Of a DNA stretch of 64,000 bases, positions 63,340-64,000 are shown piece after piece. The notes below the pieces were generated by a model, which saw nothing but the letters and a program-made list of their open reading frames with translations, made no database searches and was not told the DNA's origin. Positions within the stretch are counted from its first letter, which is position 1. Each line of letters opens with the position of its first letter. The DNA is from Chiloscyllium plagiosum (lineage: Eukaryota), in NCBI RefSeq assembly GCF_004010195.1, contig NC_057750.1:11569144-11633143 (forward strand). Direction: 5' to 3'. The position numbers and the translations under genes are program-made.

Positions 63340-64000
63340 AGAATATTACAGCGCAGTATAGGCCCTTCGGCCCTTGATGTTGCGCCTCCCTGTCATACTT
63401 ATCTGAAGCCCATCCCACCTACACTATTCCATGTACGTCCATTTGCCTGTCCAATGACGACTTAAATGCACTTAAACTTGGCTAATCTACTACTGATGCA
63501 GGCAAAGCATTCCATACCCTTACGACTCTGAGTAAAGAAACTACCTCCGACATCTGTCTTATACCTATCTCCCGTCACTTTAAAGTTGTGTCCCCTCGTG
63601 TTTGCTGTCCCCATACTTGGTAAAAGGCTCTCCCTGTCCACCCTATCTAACCCTCTGATTATCTTGTATGTCTCTATTAAGTCATCTCTCAACCTTCTCT
63701 CTAACGAGAACAGCCTCAAGGCCCTTTGCCTTTCCTCGTAAGACATTCCTTCCATACCAGGCAATATCCTAGTAAATCTCTCTGCACCCTTTCCAAAGCT
63801 TCCACATCCTTCTTATAATGCGGTGACCAGAACTGTACACAATACCCCAAGTGTGGCCTTACCAGAGCTTTGTACAGCTGCAGCATAACCACCTGGTTCC
63901 GGAACTCAATCCCTCTATTAATAAAGGCCAAAACAATGTATGCCTTCTTAACAACCCTGTCAATCTGGGTGGCAACTTTCAGGGATCTGTATACATGGAC
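63340..64000 (-). mobile_element. CR1 3' fragment running off the window
   Basis: LYKALVRPHLGYCVQFWSPHYKKD. Confidence 0.92.

Overview
Eukaryotic, repeat-rich vertebrate DNA, most likely a shark (HE1-type V-SINEs, CR1/HER1-like LINEs, a DeuSINE). It holds one intact gene on the + strand: an SRSF7-like SR splicing factor with a CpG-island promoter at ~22.0-22.7 kb, a probable non-coding exon 1, seven coding exons (35459-58114, 226 aa: RRM, CCHC zinc knuckle, RS domain) and a ~455-nt poison exon at 51048-51502. A disabled SLC7A (LAT-family) first coding exon lies upstream on the - strand. A spliced RBPMS2-like fragment sits next to an LTR inside a 7.4-kb nested transposon stack in intron 2. The most striking hidden structure is about 16 Penelope-like insertions from three families. 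Many are short fold-back hairpins with 11-15 bp target duplications, and they carry minimal hammerhead ribozyme motifs (CUGANGA-A-stem II-GAAA-palindromic ACGU/AGCU). Three motifs look intact, one in the sense strand of the SRSF7-like intron 2. Repeat boundaries were read by eye and are approximate. Comparisons to other species are from memory, not database searches.
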